Below, piece by piece: positions 48,721 to 58,437 of a DNA stretch of 64,000 nt. Position 1 is the stretch's first letter. Every line of letters starts with the position of its first letter. The stretch is taken from the IMG/VR virus record IMGVR_UViG_3300017913_001136, positions 1 to 64,000 of that record. One strand, 5' to 3'. The DNA is from a virus (taxonomy: Duplodnaviria > Caudoviricetes). Made by a program: the position numbers and the translations under genes. The notes under the pieces are model-generated. The model did no database searches. It had not been told where the DNA came from and was given only the letters and a program-made list of their open reading frames with translations.

Positions 48721-49673
48721 TACGATTCAAACTTTCTATATATCTCTTCTGCGAACTCAATCCGCTCTTCTTCACCAAGACGTTTATATTTACCGTCCTC
48801 ACCAACTATCTTCTTATCTTCATTCGCTGCAGTTTTTTCTACTTGATATCCAGGACGTTCGAACTTTCTCATGAATATAAGTGCTGCCTCTTTTGGTGTT
48901 TGTGCACGTTTGAGTTCTGCCAACCCAAGATATGGAAACGAGTTAAGTTCTTTTTTAGTCCATAACAACTGAGCATATAAACTTGTGTATGTCAGGTTCA
49001 ACGAAGCAGAAAATTCTTGTAGTGCGCCAAGTCTATTACCTGCAGCAGGAGCAGGATTCCACTGAGCAACACCAAAAGAACCTTCTCCAGGAATACCTGA
49101 AACAGCAGTAGGATTTATATCACCACCATTAGATCTTGCACCAGACTCTTCACAAAAGTTTCCGAGTACACCTGCTGCAGCAATCGGTGAAAGATTACAT
49201 CCCTCTTTAGTAATTAAGAAGTTGTATGCTTTCTCAATATTTGTAGCACCATATAAATTTTCTTCGTCTACTTTATCAGGAGGCAAAAGGTTTTTATTAA
49301 TCGCAGGATCTAAATGTGGAGGGATGTCTGGTTGGTGTATATTACCACCTCTCTGCGGAACTGCTCCCTCAAACTTTGGCATTGAACCAACCACCAAAGG
49401 AAGTTGAGAATGCACACCATCAAGGAAGATACCAAATACTTGTGCCTGTTCTTTGATTCCTGTAGTCGCACCCAAACCAGAACTCCCACCTTCAGTCACA
49501 GGAACTATAACCTGTGCCCATGGCAAGTCTCCGTCGGCGATATCAGGATTATCATGAACTCCAACAATTCTTACTTTGATTCTACCCATCTCAAGTGGGT
49601 CGTTGATATTGATAACTCTACCAACAAACCAACGAGTTTGATCACCGTAAAATTGACTGCTTGATGGTATCAT
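48720..49673 (-). CDS. gp5: gp5 OB-fold fused to phage tail lysozyme
   Basis: WFVGRV...DPLEMGRIKVRIVG...LPWA; AAGVLGNFCEESG...FGVAQWN...QLLWTKKEL. Confidence 0.8.
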   Translation of the reverse strand: MIPSSSQFYGDQTRWFVGRVININDPLEMGRIKVRIVGVHDNPDIADGDLPWAQVIVPVTEGGSSGLGATTGIKEQAQVFGIFLDGVHSQLPLVVGSMPKFEGAVPQRGGNIHQPDIPPHLDPAINKNLLPPDKVDEENLYGATNIEKAYNFLITKEGCNLSPIAAAGVLGNFCEESGARSNGGDINPTAVSGIPGEGSFGVAQWNPAPAAGNRLGALQEFSASLNLTYTSLYAQLLWTKKELNSFPYLGLAELKRAQTPKEAALIFMRKFERPGYQVEKTAANEDKKIVGEDGKYKRLGEEERIEFAEEIYRKFES

Positions 49674-50995
49674 ACGATTGCTGCCTCACTTGTAAAGTTT
49701 TTCATCTTCGCACAGGTCAGACTGATATCATATCTCTCGGTGGTGAACGAGTGTTTCGTAGCATAAATCAAATAATCACCTGATCGTTTCATATCCCAGT
49801 TATTTGTGGACTTCGCATGCGCAGGTTTATTCGCCATGAAATAAATTCGAACGGTATTCCCCAAAGTCATATTCGTTTTAGGTTTTAAGAATCCGACTCC
49901 AGAAACTTTGATAGTGATCGGTGCTTTCAGAAGATGTGCCTTCATTACATTTCCGATTACTTTCTTACCATAATCCGTATCATCTTTTTCTTCGTTGTAT
50001 GATTTGTATGAACCAAGTCCTGTATTGAAAACTCCAGCACTGCCGATCTGCGTTATTCTTTGAGAAGGTTGTTCATTCAAAACTTCACCGTCTATTTCAA
50101 ACTCTGCGAAATTATACTTTTTCTCTTTAGTTGAAGGAAGGGCATCAACAACGTCTCTCTTATAATCTAAATTATATTTCGAGACTTTTGAAGTGAAAGC
50201 ATCATAGAACTGATAGTCAGCACCAACAACCCCATCCTTAATCATCTCAAACATATTCTCTCGATCGCCTTCATTGTAACTCAGGATGGGGAGATAGTTA
50301 TTACCTATTTGTTTTTCTTCAGCGATATTTGGTGTAGAAGCATACATGAAAGGTTTCTGAGCATTAACTGGTTCTTGATCTAACATAGTTAACAAATCGT
50401 TGACCACCAGTTTATCTAATCCGAGTGTAGAAAAGATATAATCAGGAACACCATCAGCAGTTGTCATTCTGTTCTTGACCCATGCGATTGCCTTGAGAGG
50501 ATCTAAGTTAGGAACGATGACTTTCATTCTGTTTTGAAATGTTGCTTCTCCTGCTTGTACAATCTTCTTATCGAGAAACTCTTCAGCAATATCAGATATA
50601 ATTTTTATTGGATCGCCAGCATAAACTTTGTTCACGTTTTTATAATTTGATTTAAAAAGAATATCCTCATATAAACTCAAGACCACGAACTCTGCAGTTT
50701 GGTTTACTTTTTGAGATTCTGTAATAGTTTCAACGACGAATCGTTTTGTGATTACAGGTTCCGTCAACAAAGAAGGTTTTAGTTTTATTTCTACAAACTC
50801 TGCACCCTGTAAATCAAGTCTATCCATCAGTCTGGTTTCATCGACCATAGCGATTTGTGCAGTTAGAAATGGGCAATCTAAATGCTCATAGATATCGATA
50901 TCGCTCACAAGATTTGATAATTCTACAGGAATAGTAGAGCGAGATGAATATAACAGGACGCTGTCTAGAACGTATTTTTTACTTGGTTCTGCCAT
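49670..50995 (-). CDS. Baseplate hub protein (gp27-like by position)
   Basis: IDIYEHLD-PFLT, SGDYLIYATKH; lies between gp53 and gp5. Confidence 0.55.
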   Translation of the reverse strand: MAEPSKKYVLDSVLLYSSRSTIPVELSNLVSDIDIYEHLDCPFLTAQIAMVDETRLMDRLDLQGAEFVEIKLKPSLLTEPVITKRFVVETITESQKVNQTAEFVVLSLYEDILFKSNYKNVNKVYAGDPIKIISDIAEEFLDKKIVQAGEATFQNRMKVIVPNLDPLKAIAWVKNRMTTADGVPDYIFSTLGLDKLVVNDLLTMLDQEPVNAQKPFMYASTPNIAEEKQIGNNYLPILSYNEGDRENMFEMIKDGVVGADYQFYDAFTSKVSKYNLDYKRDVVDALPSTKEKKYNFAEFEIDGEVLNEQPSQRITQIGSAGVFNTGLGSYKSYNEEKDDTDYGKKVIGNVMKAHLLKAPITIKVSGVGFLKPKTNMTLGNTVRIYFMANKPAHAKSTNNWDMKRSGDYLIYATKHSFTTERYDISLTCAKMKNFTSEAAIV

Positions 50996-51768
50996 TAACT
51001 AGTCAATGCTCTTTTAAACGCACTTGCCACCTGAACGATGTTAGAAGGTTTGATTACCTTAATTCTTTTTAAATCGTTATTGATTCTATGGTATCGATCA
51101 GCGATAGTGACTTCATTATATATTCCAGGAGTAGGAGCAGTTGGATCTACATCAATCTGATTGCCGTCTGCATCTTCAAAGTGGTGTGTTGCGTTGTATT
51201 CGTATCCTGTTCCAAGAATAGTTGCTGTTCCTGTATGTTGTGGTAGACCTGTACAGGTTATCGCTTCACCTTTTCTAAATGTACTTGGGCGACCTGCTGT
51301 AGCATATGGAATTGTATCTACAATCAGTATCCCATGGTCTAAGTCTCTTTTGATAATCTTCCCACGACATCCAGTCAGGATTCCTGTTACATATTCATTT
51401 TGTAGAAATGTGTTCGCAAAATTTGCTCTACAGTAAATATATTGATGAGGAAAGTCTGTAGAGAGTTTATCTTCCATTTGTTTGTAAGTGAGTGGCCAAC
51501 CATGCGCACGTAGATGATCGTTCATCATAGCGAATGTCCAGTGATATACTGGCGTTTCGTATAAGAACTGCGACACTTGATCGGGACGTTCGTTTTCGAT
51601 AATATTGTATGGTTCGTAGAAGTGAACACCTTCTCTCACCTGATCTACAACATCAACATATTGTGTCAAATCTTGAACATACTCGATCTGTCGACCAGCA
51701 CCGCCAAGTTTTTCATAATCATCGCCAAAAGTATATGCTGTTGTTCTGAAGTTTCTAAAAAAGTCCAT
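50995..51768 (-). CDS. gp53: Baseplate wedge subunit
   Basis: MDFFRNF, ENERPDQVS-FLY...YHWTFAMMN...WPL. Confidence 0.85.
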   Translation of the reverse strand: MDFFRNFRTTAYTFGDDYEKLGGAGRQIEYVQDLTQYVDVVDQVREGVHFYEPYNIIENERPDQVSQFLYETPVYHWTFAMMNDHLRAHGWPLTYKQMEDKLSTDFPHQYIYCRANFANTFLQNEYVTGILTGCRGKIIKRDLDHGILIVDTIPYATAGRPSTFRKGEAITCTGLPQHTGTATILGTGYEYNATHHFEDADGNQIDVDPTAPTPGIYNEVTIADRYHRINNDLKRIKVIKPSNIVQVASAFKRALTS

Positions 51769-53030
51769 TAGAATCCTGCCTCGATATCTCTCTTACTCAA
51801 TGCTCTGTACTCTAAGAATGTAAGATTCAAATCTATTTCTGTAGGATGCCCATCTTCAAAGAACACGCCTCCGCTCGTTGAGTTGTATGCTGCCTGAACA
51901 TCTTTCAGGTAACAATATTGAATCTTGGGTATTTGTAAAGTGCCACCGTCAAACGCAAACTCAATCCTGTAGATATTAGGAAACTCGTATCCGATAGGTA
52001 TTCCTGGATTAAGGTCGATCTCACGAGGATATAACTGAAATCTGAAGTTTTCAATAATTTCTTTTATTCTCGCTGCCTCTTGCGGTGATGTAGGAATTAG
52101 TTTAAAAGAAAAAGAAAATGAACGCATAGTGGGTTGATCAAATAGCAATCTCGTTCCAGGATTCAATCCTGTTTGTAGTGCTGAAGAACCTGCCGCAGCA
52201 TATCCTGCTGGAAGTTTAGAGGATATCCGTGATGCAGCAACTTTTGCTGCTTCTTGAGAAAGTGTACCTTTCGCAAGATTAAAAATACTTTCCATCCCTT
52301 CTGTCAAACCAGAACTCAATGCTGACCCAATACTTTGCCCACTGTTTAATCCTGCGAGCGCAGTCATACCACCAGCACCCAAGTTTGCGCTGTTGTATTG
52401 GACAGCATCGTTATATTGTAATGCTGGTGGAAAAAATAACTGGATTGCTGGTTTGGTTAGATCTCTGTATGCACGAAGATCTGTAAGTTTTGACCCCATC
52501 TCTGCTTGGTTTTCTTTGATTTCTTTATTGATACGGTCTCTGTCAGCAGCGGTTTGTCTTTTTTCTACGACCACCTCAGGATTCGATGCTTTTACAGGAT
52601 CTCCTGCTCCACCGAAAGCATCTAAGTTTTCGGAAGCAGTAATCTCGTCATTCACAGATTCGGTAGATTTCCCTTCAGCATAATCTGCGATAAGAGGAGT
52701 ATTAAAAACAGAAGCGAGTGATTGGTCGATGAGTCCTGTATCAATTTTATAAGGATGGAATACAATATGCGCAGGATACATATCCTCACGATTAAGCGGA
52801 AACTTAATAATTGTGCCAGAACCTCTACTCTTTTTTAATTCTTGGGTAGATCGAGACTCTTGTATAGACATATGTCCACCATATTTTGAACTGGAACCCA
52901 TCGGGATTTGATTGTTTCCTCTAGGATCAAACTGGTCTGCTTGAGACACTGGTGCACCTTTGCCATTCAATGTAGTTCCTGGTTTTGGAGTCAGTGACCC
53001 ATTTGGTCCTGTAGTGAATCTTCCTGGCAT
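51768..53030 (-). CDS. gp48: Baseplate tail-tube cap
   Basis: RSFSFSFKLIPTSPQEA, PNIYRIEF, GHPTEIDLNLTFLE. Confidence 0.88.
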   Translation of the reverse strand: MPGRFTTGPNGSLTPKPGTTLNGKGAPVSQADQFDPRGNNQIPMGSSSKYGGHMSIQESRSTQELKKSRGSGTIIKFPLNREDMYPAHIVFHPYKIDTGLIDQSLASVFNTPLIADYAEGKSTESVNDEITASENLDAFGGAGDPVKASNPEVVVEKRQTAADRDRINKEIKENQAEMGSKLTDLRAYRDLTKPAIQLFFPPALQYNDAVQYNSANLGAGGMTALAGLNSGQSIGSALSSGLTEGMESIFNLAKGTLSQEAAKVAASRISSKLPAGYAAAGSSALQTGLNPGTRLLFDQPTMRSFSFSFKLIPTSPQEAARIKEIIENFRFQLYPREIDLNPGIPIGYEFPNIYRIEFAFDGGTLQIPKIQYCYLKDVQAAYNSTSGGVFFEDGHPTEIDLNLTFLEYRALSKRDIEAGF

Positions 53031-53064
53031 ATTATATCCTTAATAAATAAAACAAAGATAAACC

Positions 53065-53072
53065 TATTTATA
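53065..53072 (-). promoter_or_regulatory. Late promoter TATAAATA (gp48)
   Basis: Exact match in the divergent gp48/gp4 spacer. Confidence 0.8.
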
Positions 53073-53079
53073 ATCAATT

Positions 53080-53565
53080 ATGGCATATTCTGGGAAATAT
53101 AAAGTAAAGAACATCAAGAAGTATTCCGGAGATCCCGATAAGGTGGTTTATAGATCATCTTGGGAAAAGGCATGCTTCGTCTGGTGTGACCGAAACCCGA
53201 AGGTGGTTAAATGGTCATCTGAAGAAGTCGTAGTCCCATATCGCTGGGATATCGATAAAAAGATGCACAGGTATTTCGTAGATTTAAAAATCACATTTGA
53301 AGATAATAAAACTATCCTCGTTGAAATAAAACCTGACAAAGAAACCGCACCACCGAAACGTCCTGATAAATCAAAACGATATATCGGAGAGGCGATGACG
53401 TATGTCAAGAACATGAATAAATGGGAAGCAGCAAATAACTTTGCGAAAGATCGTGGTTGGGAATTCCAGATATGGACGGAAGATACTCTACACAGTATGG
53501 GGATTATGAAGAAACTCAAACCCCTAAAACCTTTGAAACCATACCGCAAAAAACGCAAGAAGTGA
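53080..53565 (+). CDS. gp4: Head completion nuclease-fold protein
   Basis: AYSGKY, YRSSWE, WSSEE, HRYFVD, EIKP, NMNKWEAA. Confidence 0.93.
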   Translation: MAYSGKYKVKNIKKYSGDPDKVVYRSSWEKACFVWCDRNPKVVKWSSEEVVVPYRWDIDKKMHRYFVDLKITFEDNKTILVEIKPDKETAPPKRPDKSKRYIGEAMTYVKNMNKWEAANNFAKDRGWEFQIWTEDTLHSMGIMKKLKPLKPLKPYRKKRKK

Positions 53566-53573
53566 TATAAATA
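53566..53573 (+). promoter_or_regulatory. Late promoter TATAAATA (gp2 operon)
   Basis: Exact match only 5 nt before the gp2 ATG. Confidence 0.8.
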
Positions 53574-53578
53574 GCATT

Positions 53579-54169
53579 ATGGCAAATATATTTCAAAATC
53601 TTCAGATAGATGCTTTCCGTGCAGGTATTACTCCGAGGACACAACAATCTCGTGAATGGTTCCGCAACAAAGCACAACAACTGAGAAGGATAAACCGAAA
53701 CCAGTTGATGAACTCTGAAGAGTTAAAACTTGTGAATAAATCACAACCACTTATCGGTTCTATGAATATGTTCTTCTATGATCCGAAGCATAAAGATACG
53801 TTGCCATATTATGATAGATTTCCGTTGGTGATTATTTCTGGTCCAGCACCAGGAGGGTTCTATGGTATGAATCTACACTACCTTTCCCCGATACTGAGGG
53901 CAAAGTTCTTAGATGGATTGATGGAAGTGACTAACAATAAAAAGTTTGATGACAGCACAAGGTTCAAAGCAAGATATGAAATGATTCAAAAGATATCCTC
54001 TTTAAGATATTATAAACCTTGTTACAAACACTATTTGTTTCCGCATGTAAAATCAAGACTTGCTAGAGTTGCTCCTACTGAGTGGGAGATCGCAACTTTC
54101 TTACCGACCGCAGATTGGGCGAAGTCAAGTGCGAGAAATGTTTACAGACAGTCAAGGGCAATGATTTAA
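53579..54169 (+). CDS. gp2: DNA end protector
   Basis: MFFYDPKHKDTLPYYDRFPL, GMNLHYL, PCYKHYL. Confidence 0.92.
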   Translation: MANIFQNLQIDAFRAGITPRTQQSREWFRNKAQQLRRINRNQLMNSEELKLVNKSQPLIGSMNMFFYDPKHKDTLPYYDRFPLVIISGPAPGGFYGMNLHYLSPILRAKFLDGLMEVTNNKKFDDSTRFKARYEMIQKISSLRYYKPCYKHYLFPHVKSRLARVAPTEWEIATFLPTADWAKSSARNVYRQSRAMI

Positions 54170-54831
54170 TGGCAACAGTAGATGAACTCAAATCCACCAT
54201 ATCCACCAGACTTGGTGTAGCAAAACCTAATCAGTTCTTGATCGAACTTCCCACTGACTTTCAAGGAAGCGGAAACATACTGACTCAAATCAGTAGACTC
54301 ATGAACGGAAATGAACTCAACCTGCTTTGCCAAACTGTTGGTATCCCACCGAAGACTGTTCTGACTCTAGATCAGAAAATGGGTGTTCAGATGCGCAAAG
54401 TTGCATATGGATATTCCGGAGCAGGTTCAGTCAATATGACTTTCTTAATGCTGAATGATTATAGCATTAGAAAATACTTTGACGCATGGTACTCTTCGAC
54501 CGTTGCGCAGAATACAGGAAAGGCATTGTATTTCAATAACTATGCCAAACAAATTAAGATACATCAATTAAGAAAACCCATAACAAATAAAAAGTTTGGT
54601 GCAGGTCCGATTAGTCTCAATGTAAATATTGGGGAAGGAACTGTTTATAGTGCTTTGTTAGAAGAAGCATATCCAGTGAATATATCACAAACTGAATTTA
54701 GTAACGATCCGGATGGATTGATGCAGTTAACAGTTGAAATGACATACACGAAATGGTCACCGATTGTAGATAATCAGGGACTGTTTTCACTTGACGCCAG
54801 TTTAGGTTCGCTTTCTGGTTTTTTACGATAG
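54169..54831 (+). CDS. gp54: Tail-tube initiator (gp19 paralog)
   Basis: Probable start MATVDELK overlapping the gp2 stop (TAATG); GVAKPNQF, EEAYPVNI, LTVEMTY. Confidence 0.75.
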   Translation: MATVDELKSTISTRLGVAKPNQFLIELPTDFQGSGNILTQISRLMNGNELNLLCQTVGIPPKTVLTLDQKMGVQMRKVAYGYSGAGSVNMTFLMLNDYSIRKYFDAWYSSTVAQNTGKALYFNNYAKQIKIHQLRKPITNKKFGAGPISLNVNIGEGTVYSALLEEAYPVNISQTEFSNDPDGLMQLTVEMTYTKWSPIVDNQGLFSLDASLGSLSGFLR

Positions 54832-54841
54832 GAGTTAAATA

Positions 54842-55561
54842 ATGGCACTGCCACGTTTGAATGAGACTATTTGGTATGATCTTAAATTACCATCGTCGGG
54901 AGAAATCATTCATTATAGACCGTTCCTCGTCAAGGAACAAAAGATCCTGCTTCTCGCAGGGGAATCAAACCAACCGAAGCAAGTTATTCGGGCAATCACA
55001 GATACTATTAGATCATGTGTACAAGAAGATATTGATATTACTTCCTTGTCATCATTTGATGTAGATTATATCTTTACACGGATCAGGGCAAAGTCAGTTG
55101 GTGAAACTGCCGAACTCGTTGTTAAGTGTCAAGAGTGTGAGCAGGATAATGATGTAAAGGTTGATATCATGCAATCTAAAGTTGTTGGCGATATTAAACC
55201 ACAGAGAGTACAACTTACTCCTGATGTTGCGATAGAACTCCACTATCCAACATATAGTGATCTCATGTCTAATACAAGTGTGTTCGACGGAGAGAGTGAA
55301 AACAGAACGAGTGAAGCGTCTATGAACTTGATTATGTCTTGTATGAAAACATTATACACAGACGATGAACGGATTGATCTGAAGAACGAATCAAGGCAAG
55401 AACTGATGAACTTCATGGATTCTTTGAACGCAGATCAGTTTGAAAAGATCGCAACATTCATCGGGAATATTCCTAAGTTGAGTTATGATCTAGAATTTAC
55501 ATGTGAACATTGTAGTCATGATAACAAAATCTTATTGGAGGGTATGGACAATTTTTTCTAG
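54842..55561 (+). CDS. gp26: Baseplate hub subunit / tail assembly chaperone
   Basis: MALPRL, YRPFLVKEQKILL, FDVDYIFTRIRAKSVGE, CQEC...CEHC, LEGMDNFF. Confidence 0.88.
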   Translation: MALPRLNETIWYDLKLPSSGEIIHYRPFLVKEQKILLLAGESNQPKQVIRAITDTIRSCVQEDIDITSLSSFDVDYIFTRIRAKSVGETAELVVKCQECEQDNDVKVDIMQSKVVGDIKPQRVQLTPDVAIELHYPTYSDLMSNTSVFDGESENRTSEASMNLIMSCMKTLYTDDERIDLKNESRQELMNFMDSLNADQFEKIATFIGNIPKLSYDLEFTCEHCSHDNKILLEGMDNFF

Positions 55562-55755
55562 TATGCCTCTCGCATGAAAACATGGAAAATTTTTATACAA
55601 CAAATTTTTCATTAATGCAACATCACAATTATTCGTTATCTGAACTTGATGAGATGGTGCCATGGGAGAGGGAAATATACCTCTCGATGCTTGTCCAACA
55701 TCTGAAAGAACAAAGGGAAAAACAGCAGCAAGAACAAACTGCACAAGGATATTAA
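55552..55755 (+). CDS. gp51: gp51-like ORF, probably expressed as a -1 frameshift extension of gp26
   Basis: Manual translation LVCLSHENMENFYTTNFSLMQHHNYSLSELDEMVPWEREIYLSML; not in the ORF track; internal ATG at 55582 lacks an SD. Confidence 0.8.
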   Translation, partial: FFLVCLSHENMENFYTTNFSLMQHHNYSLSELDEMVPWEREIYLSMLVQHLKEQREKQQQEQTAQGY

Positions 55756-55756
55756 A

Positions 55757-57451
55757 ATGGCAGAAGCAACCTTAAATGACGTCAGTGCTAAACTCAGTTC
55801 ACAAATGCGTGTGGACGAGGCAATCTCTCGTGGTGTTCAAGGACTGAGGGATGACTTTCAAAAGTTATATGGCATACAGACCAAACTCCTTCGTGAACTA
55901 GCAGAACAAAAACGTGAGGGTGGAACTTCTGGCGGTGGCGGTGGTGGTGCCAGTCCCGCAAAAGAAGCAGAAAAGGGAATGAATCCATTCCTTGCTGCTG
56001 CGATGGTTGCCGCAGTTGCTATGGTAACTGCTGTCAAAGATTACTTTCAAAATGTAACTAAACTTCTCAAGACTTTATCTAAACCCCTTCGCTCAGCAAT
56101 CGCTGGTCTAGGAAGATTATTCAAAGCGATATTCAGAGAAGCAGGTATCACGAAAGTCATCAACAATATTAGTACAACTGTTCGAGGAGCATTCTCTAGA
56201 TTAGGGAATGCATTGAAAACATTGCTGCCTGATCCGGAAGCAGTACAAGACTCGTTCAAAGCATTAAAGGGATATTTCAGAAGATTAAGAACATTCTTTA
56301 CCACAGGCGGTGATGACTTCATGAAGTTTCTTACCGATAACAGTATCTTTAGAGTCTTGAAAAATGGATTCAATAGTATCAAGAATCTTTTGTTCGGATC
56401 CTTTCAAGGCGATGAAATTAAACTTGTAAAAGAATTTATAGGAAATATCGGTAAAAGGATCTCTAGTTTTTTTCAACCAATTAGAAACTTCTTTTCATTC
56501 GGCGAGGACAGTCCTCTCGGTAGGATAGTTGCTAGATTGAAATCAGTTTTTAGTTTTGCTCAAGAGGGAAGTGCGTTCGCTAGAACTCTAGGAACTGTTG
56601 GTCGAGTTATTGGTAGACTCGCATGGCCAATCACATTGATCATGGGTGTTATTGATTCAGTGACTGGTGCTTTCAAAGGTTTTGTAAACACTGACGGTAC
56701 GATAGTTGAAAAGGTGATTATGGGTATTGCAGGTGGTATTTCTGGACTGATTGAAGGTATAATTGGTATGCCTCTTGATTTGTTAAAGAGTGCTATATCT
56801 TGGATTGCTGGCAAGTTTGGATTCGAGGAAGCAGAACAATATTTAGATAGTTTTAGTTTTGTTGATCTGATTAGAGATATTGTTATGTCACCTATTGTAA
56901 TGGTGAAACGTGCAATCAATGGTCTTATTGATCTATTAGCAGATGGGATACAATCCTTTTCTAGTGTTCTATTTGACACAACGGAAATAGCAGACGCTGT
57001 CAGAGGTTTTAAGTTTGAAGATACAGGCGAGTCACGAACCGAAATGGTTGCTCGTAAAAAGCAAGAAGATATTGATGCAGGTGAAGCACTTGATGCATAT
57101 GATGCTGAATCAGGTTTGAGTAGAAAAAAATATAAAACGAAAAAACTGGCACAAGCAGCAGCAGGTCCAGACGAAATGGTCGTGGAAGATAATACTGGTG
57201 CATTTAGAATTAAGAAAAAAGAAGCAGTAGAACTGAAAGAGGGGCAGGCAAAAGGTGCAGCAGGAAAGTTTGTAGACGGTGATCTAGCACCTTCTGGATC
57301 CGGAGAAACACCATCAGTGACCGTTGTCAATCAGGATAACTCTCAGAATACAGGTGGAAGTGGTACAATCTTGGCAGGAGAAACCCGACCGTCCACTGGG
57401 AACGATCGGGCATTAGGAACTGGATTCTTTAGAACCTCTTCTGGTTATTAA
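55757..57451 (+). CDS. Tape-measure-like protein (gp29 position)
   Basis: 564-aa helical, amphipathic protein with hydrophobic stretches, following gp26/51. Confidence 0.6.
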   Translation: MAEATLNDVSAKLSSQMRVDEAISRGVQGLRDDFQKLYGIQTKLLRELAEQKREGGTSGGGGGGASPAKEAEKGMNPFLAAAMVAAVAMVTAVKDYFQNVTKLLKTLSKPLRSAIAGLGRLFKAIFREAGITKVINNISTTVRGAFSRLGNALKTLLPDPEAVQDSFKALKGYFRRLRTFFTTGGDDFMKFLTDNSIFRVLKNGFNSIKNLLFGSFQGDEIKLVKEFIGNIGKRISSFFQPIRNFFSFGEDSPLGRIVARLKSVFSFAQEGSAFARTLGTVGRVIGRLAWPITLIMGVIDSVTGAFKGFVNTDGTIVEKVIMGIAGGISGLIEGIIGMPLDLLKSAISWIAGKFGFEEAEQYLDSFSFVDLIRDIVMSPIVMVKRAINGLIDLLADGIQSFSSVLFDTTEIADAVRGFKFEDTGESRTEMVARKKQEDIDAGEALDAYDAESGLSRKKYKTKKLAQAAAGPDEMVVEDNTGAFRIKKKEAVELKEGQAKGAAGKFVDGDLAPSGSGETPSVTVVNQDNSQNTGGSGTILAGETRPSTGNDRALGTGFFRTSSGY

Positions 57452-58353
57452 TCTTCGTTTGCTAGTTTAGCAAAGTAAGACATAGTGTCGTCATCGTCAC
57501 TGCTCATTTCTTCGGCAGTAATCGGTTCTGCAACTTTATACTCAGGTTCCGGAGCAGGTGTATTCATAGTCTGTTCCTGCTGCATAGTTGGTGCACCCAA
57601 CTGAGAATCTTCCCCAAGAACACGCATTAGTTTTGCTTTGAGTTCATCATAGGACTTATAGTTCTTTGGGTCGGTAAACTCACTGAGGTCATGTAGTTGG
57701 TTATAGACTGCTTCCAACTTGGATTCGTCTCCATCATAGAGACCAGAAACGCTTGCAAACTCTGACTTATCATAATTACGGTATCCATCAACATTACGAA
57801 TTTTTAATTTAAAGTTGGCACCTTCCCACATATCAAATGGGTTCACAGGTGTCTCATCGGCAAACTGTGGTTGCATTACATCCATCAGTTTATCAAAGAT
57901 CTTCTTACCGAACTTGTAGAGCATAACCTTACCCTCGTTCTGAGGATTTGAAGGATCTTCTACAACAAGAACGTTTACGACGTAGTGAAGTCGACGCTTT
58001 TGCGCACGTGCTTTGTCTTTGTCGGCATCAATCCCAGAATTCCACAGTCGGGAGTTGAGTTCGCCAACAGGGTCAGGTTGACCAATAGATGTAAGACTGT
58101 TTTCGATATACCATTGACCTGTAGGACCTTTGAATCCGTGATCCCAGTATCGTACCCATGGGAGATCTTGTCCTTCTGCCGCTGGCAAGAATCTGAGGAC
58201 TGCATACCCATTACCTGCCTTGTCTACCGTTGGTTTCCAAAGACGATCATCTGCGTAGGACTTTTGCTCGGTAGAACCTCCACCTGCTTGTTCTGCTGCC
58301 TGTACGAGTTTGGAAATTTGGTCGCGATTGCGTTTTAAGTTTTCGAATGACAT
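57448..58353 (-). CDS. gp32: Single-stranded DNA-binding protein
   Basis: DDRLWKPTVDKAGNGYAVLRFLP, WYIENSL, KFGKKIFDK, acidic tail YFAKLA. Confidence 0.97.
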   Translation of the reverse strand: MSFENLKRNRDQISKLVQAAEQAGGGSTEQKSYADDRLWKPTVDKAGNGYAVLRFLPAAEGQDLPWVRYWDHGFKGPTGQWYIENSLTSIGQPDPVGELNSRLWNSGIDADKDKARAQKRRLHYVVNVLVVEDPSNPQNEGKVMLYKFGKKIFDKLMDVMQPQFADETPVNPFDMWEGANFKLKIRNVDGYRNYDKSEFASVSGLYDGDESKLEAVYNQLHDLSEFTDPKNYKSYDELKAKLMRVLGEDSQLGAPTMQQEQTMNTPAPEPEYKVAEPITAEEMSSDDDDTMSYFAKLANED

Positions 58354-58392
58354 ATATTTGTATCCTTTGTATTGCTGAAATATTGCTGTATT

Positions 58393-58431
58393 ATTATATC
58401 ATATTTACACTGAAGTGTAAAGTTATTTATA
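58393..58431 (-). promoter_or_regulatory. Tandem late (TATAAATA, 58424-58431) and sigma70-type (TTTACA-N17-TATAAT) promoters of gp32
   Basis: Both boxes read directly; the -35 lies within a 7-bp inverted repeat. Confidence 0.7.
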
Positions 58432-58437
58432 TACAAT

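Noticed and set aside
53080-53565. gp4 as a mobile TnsA-like endonuclease or transposon
   Set aside because: It matches the core T4 head-completion gene in motif and synteny; no terminal repeats.
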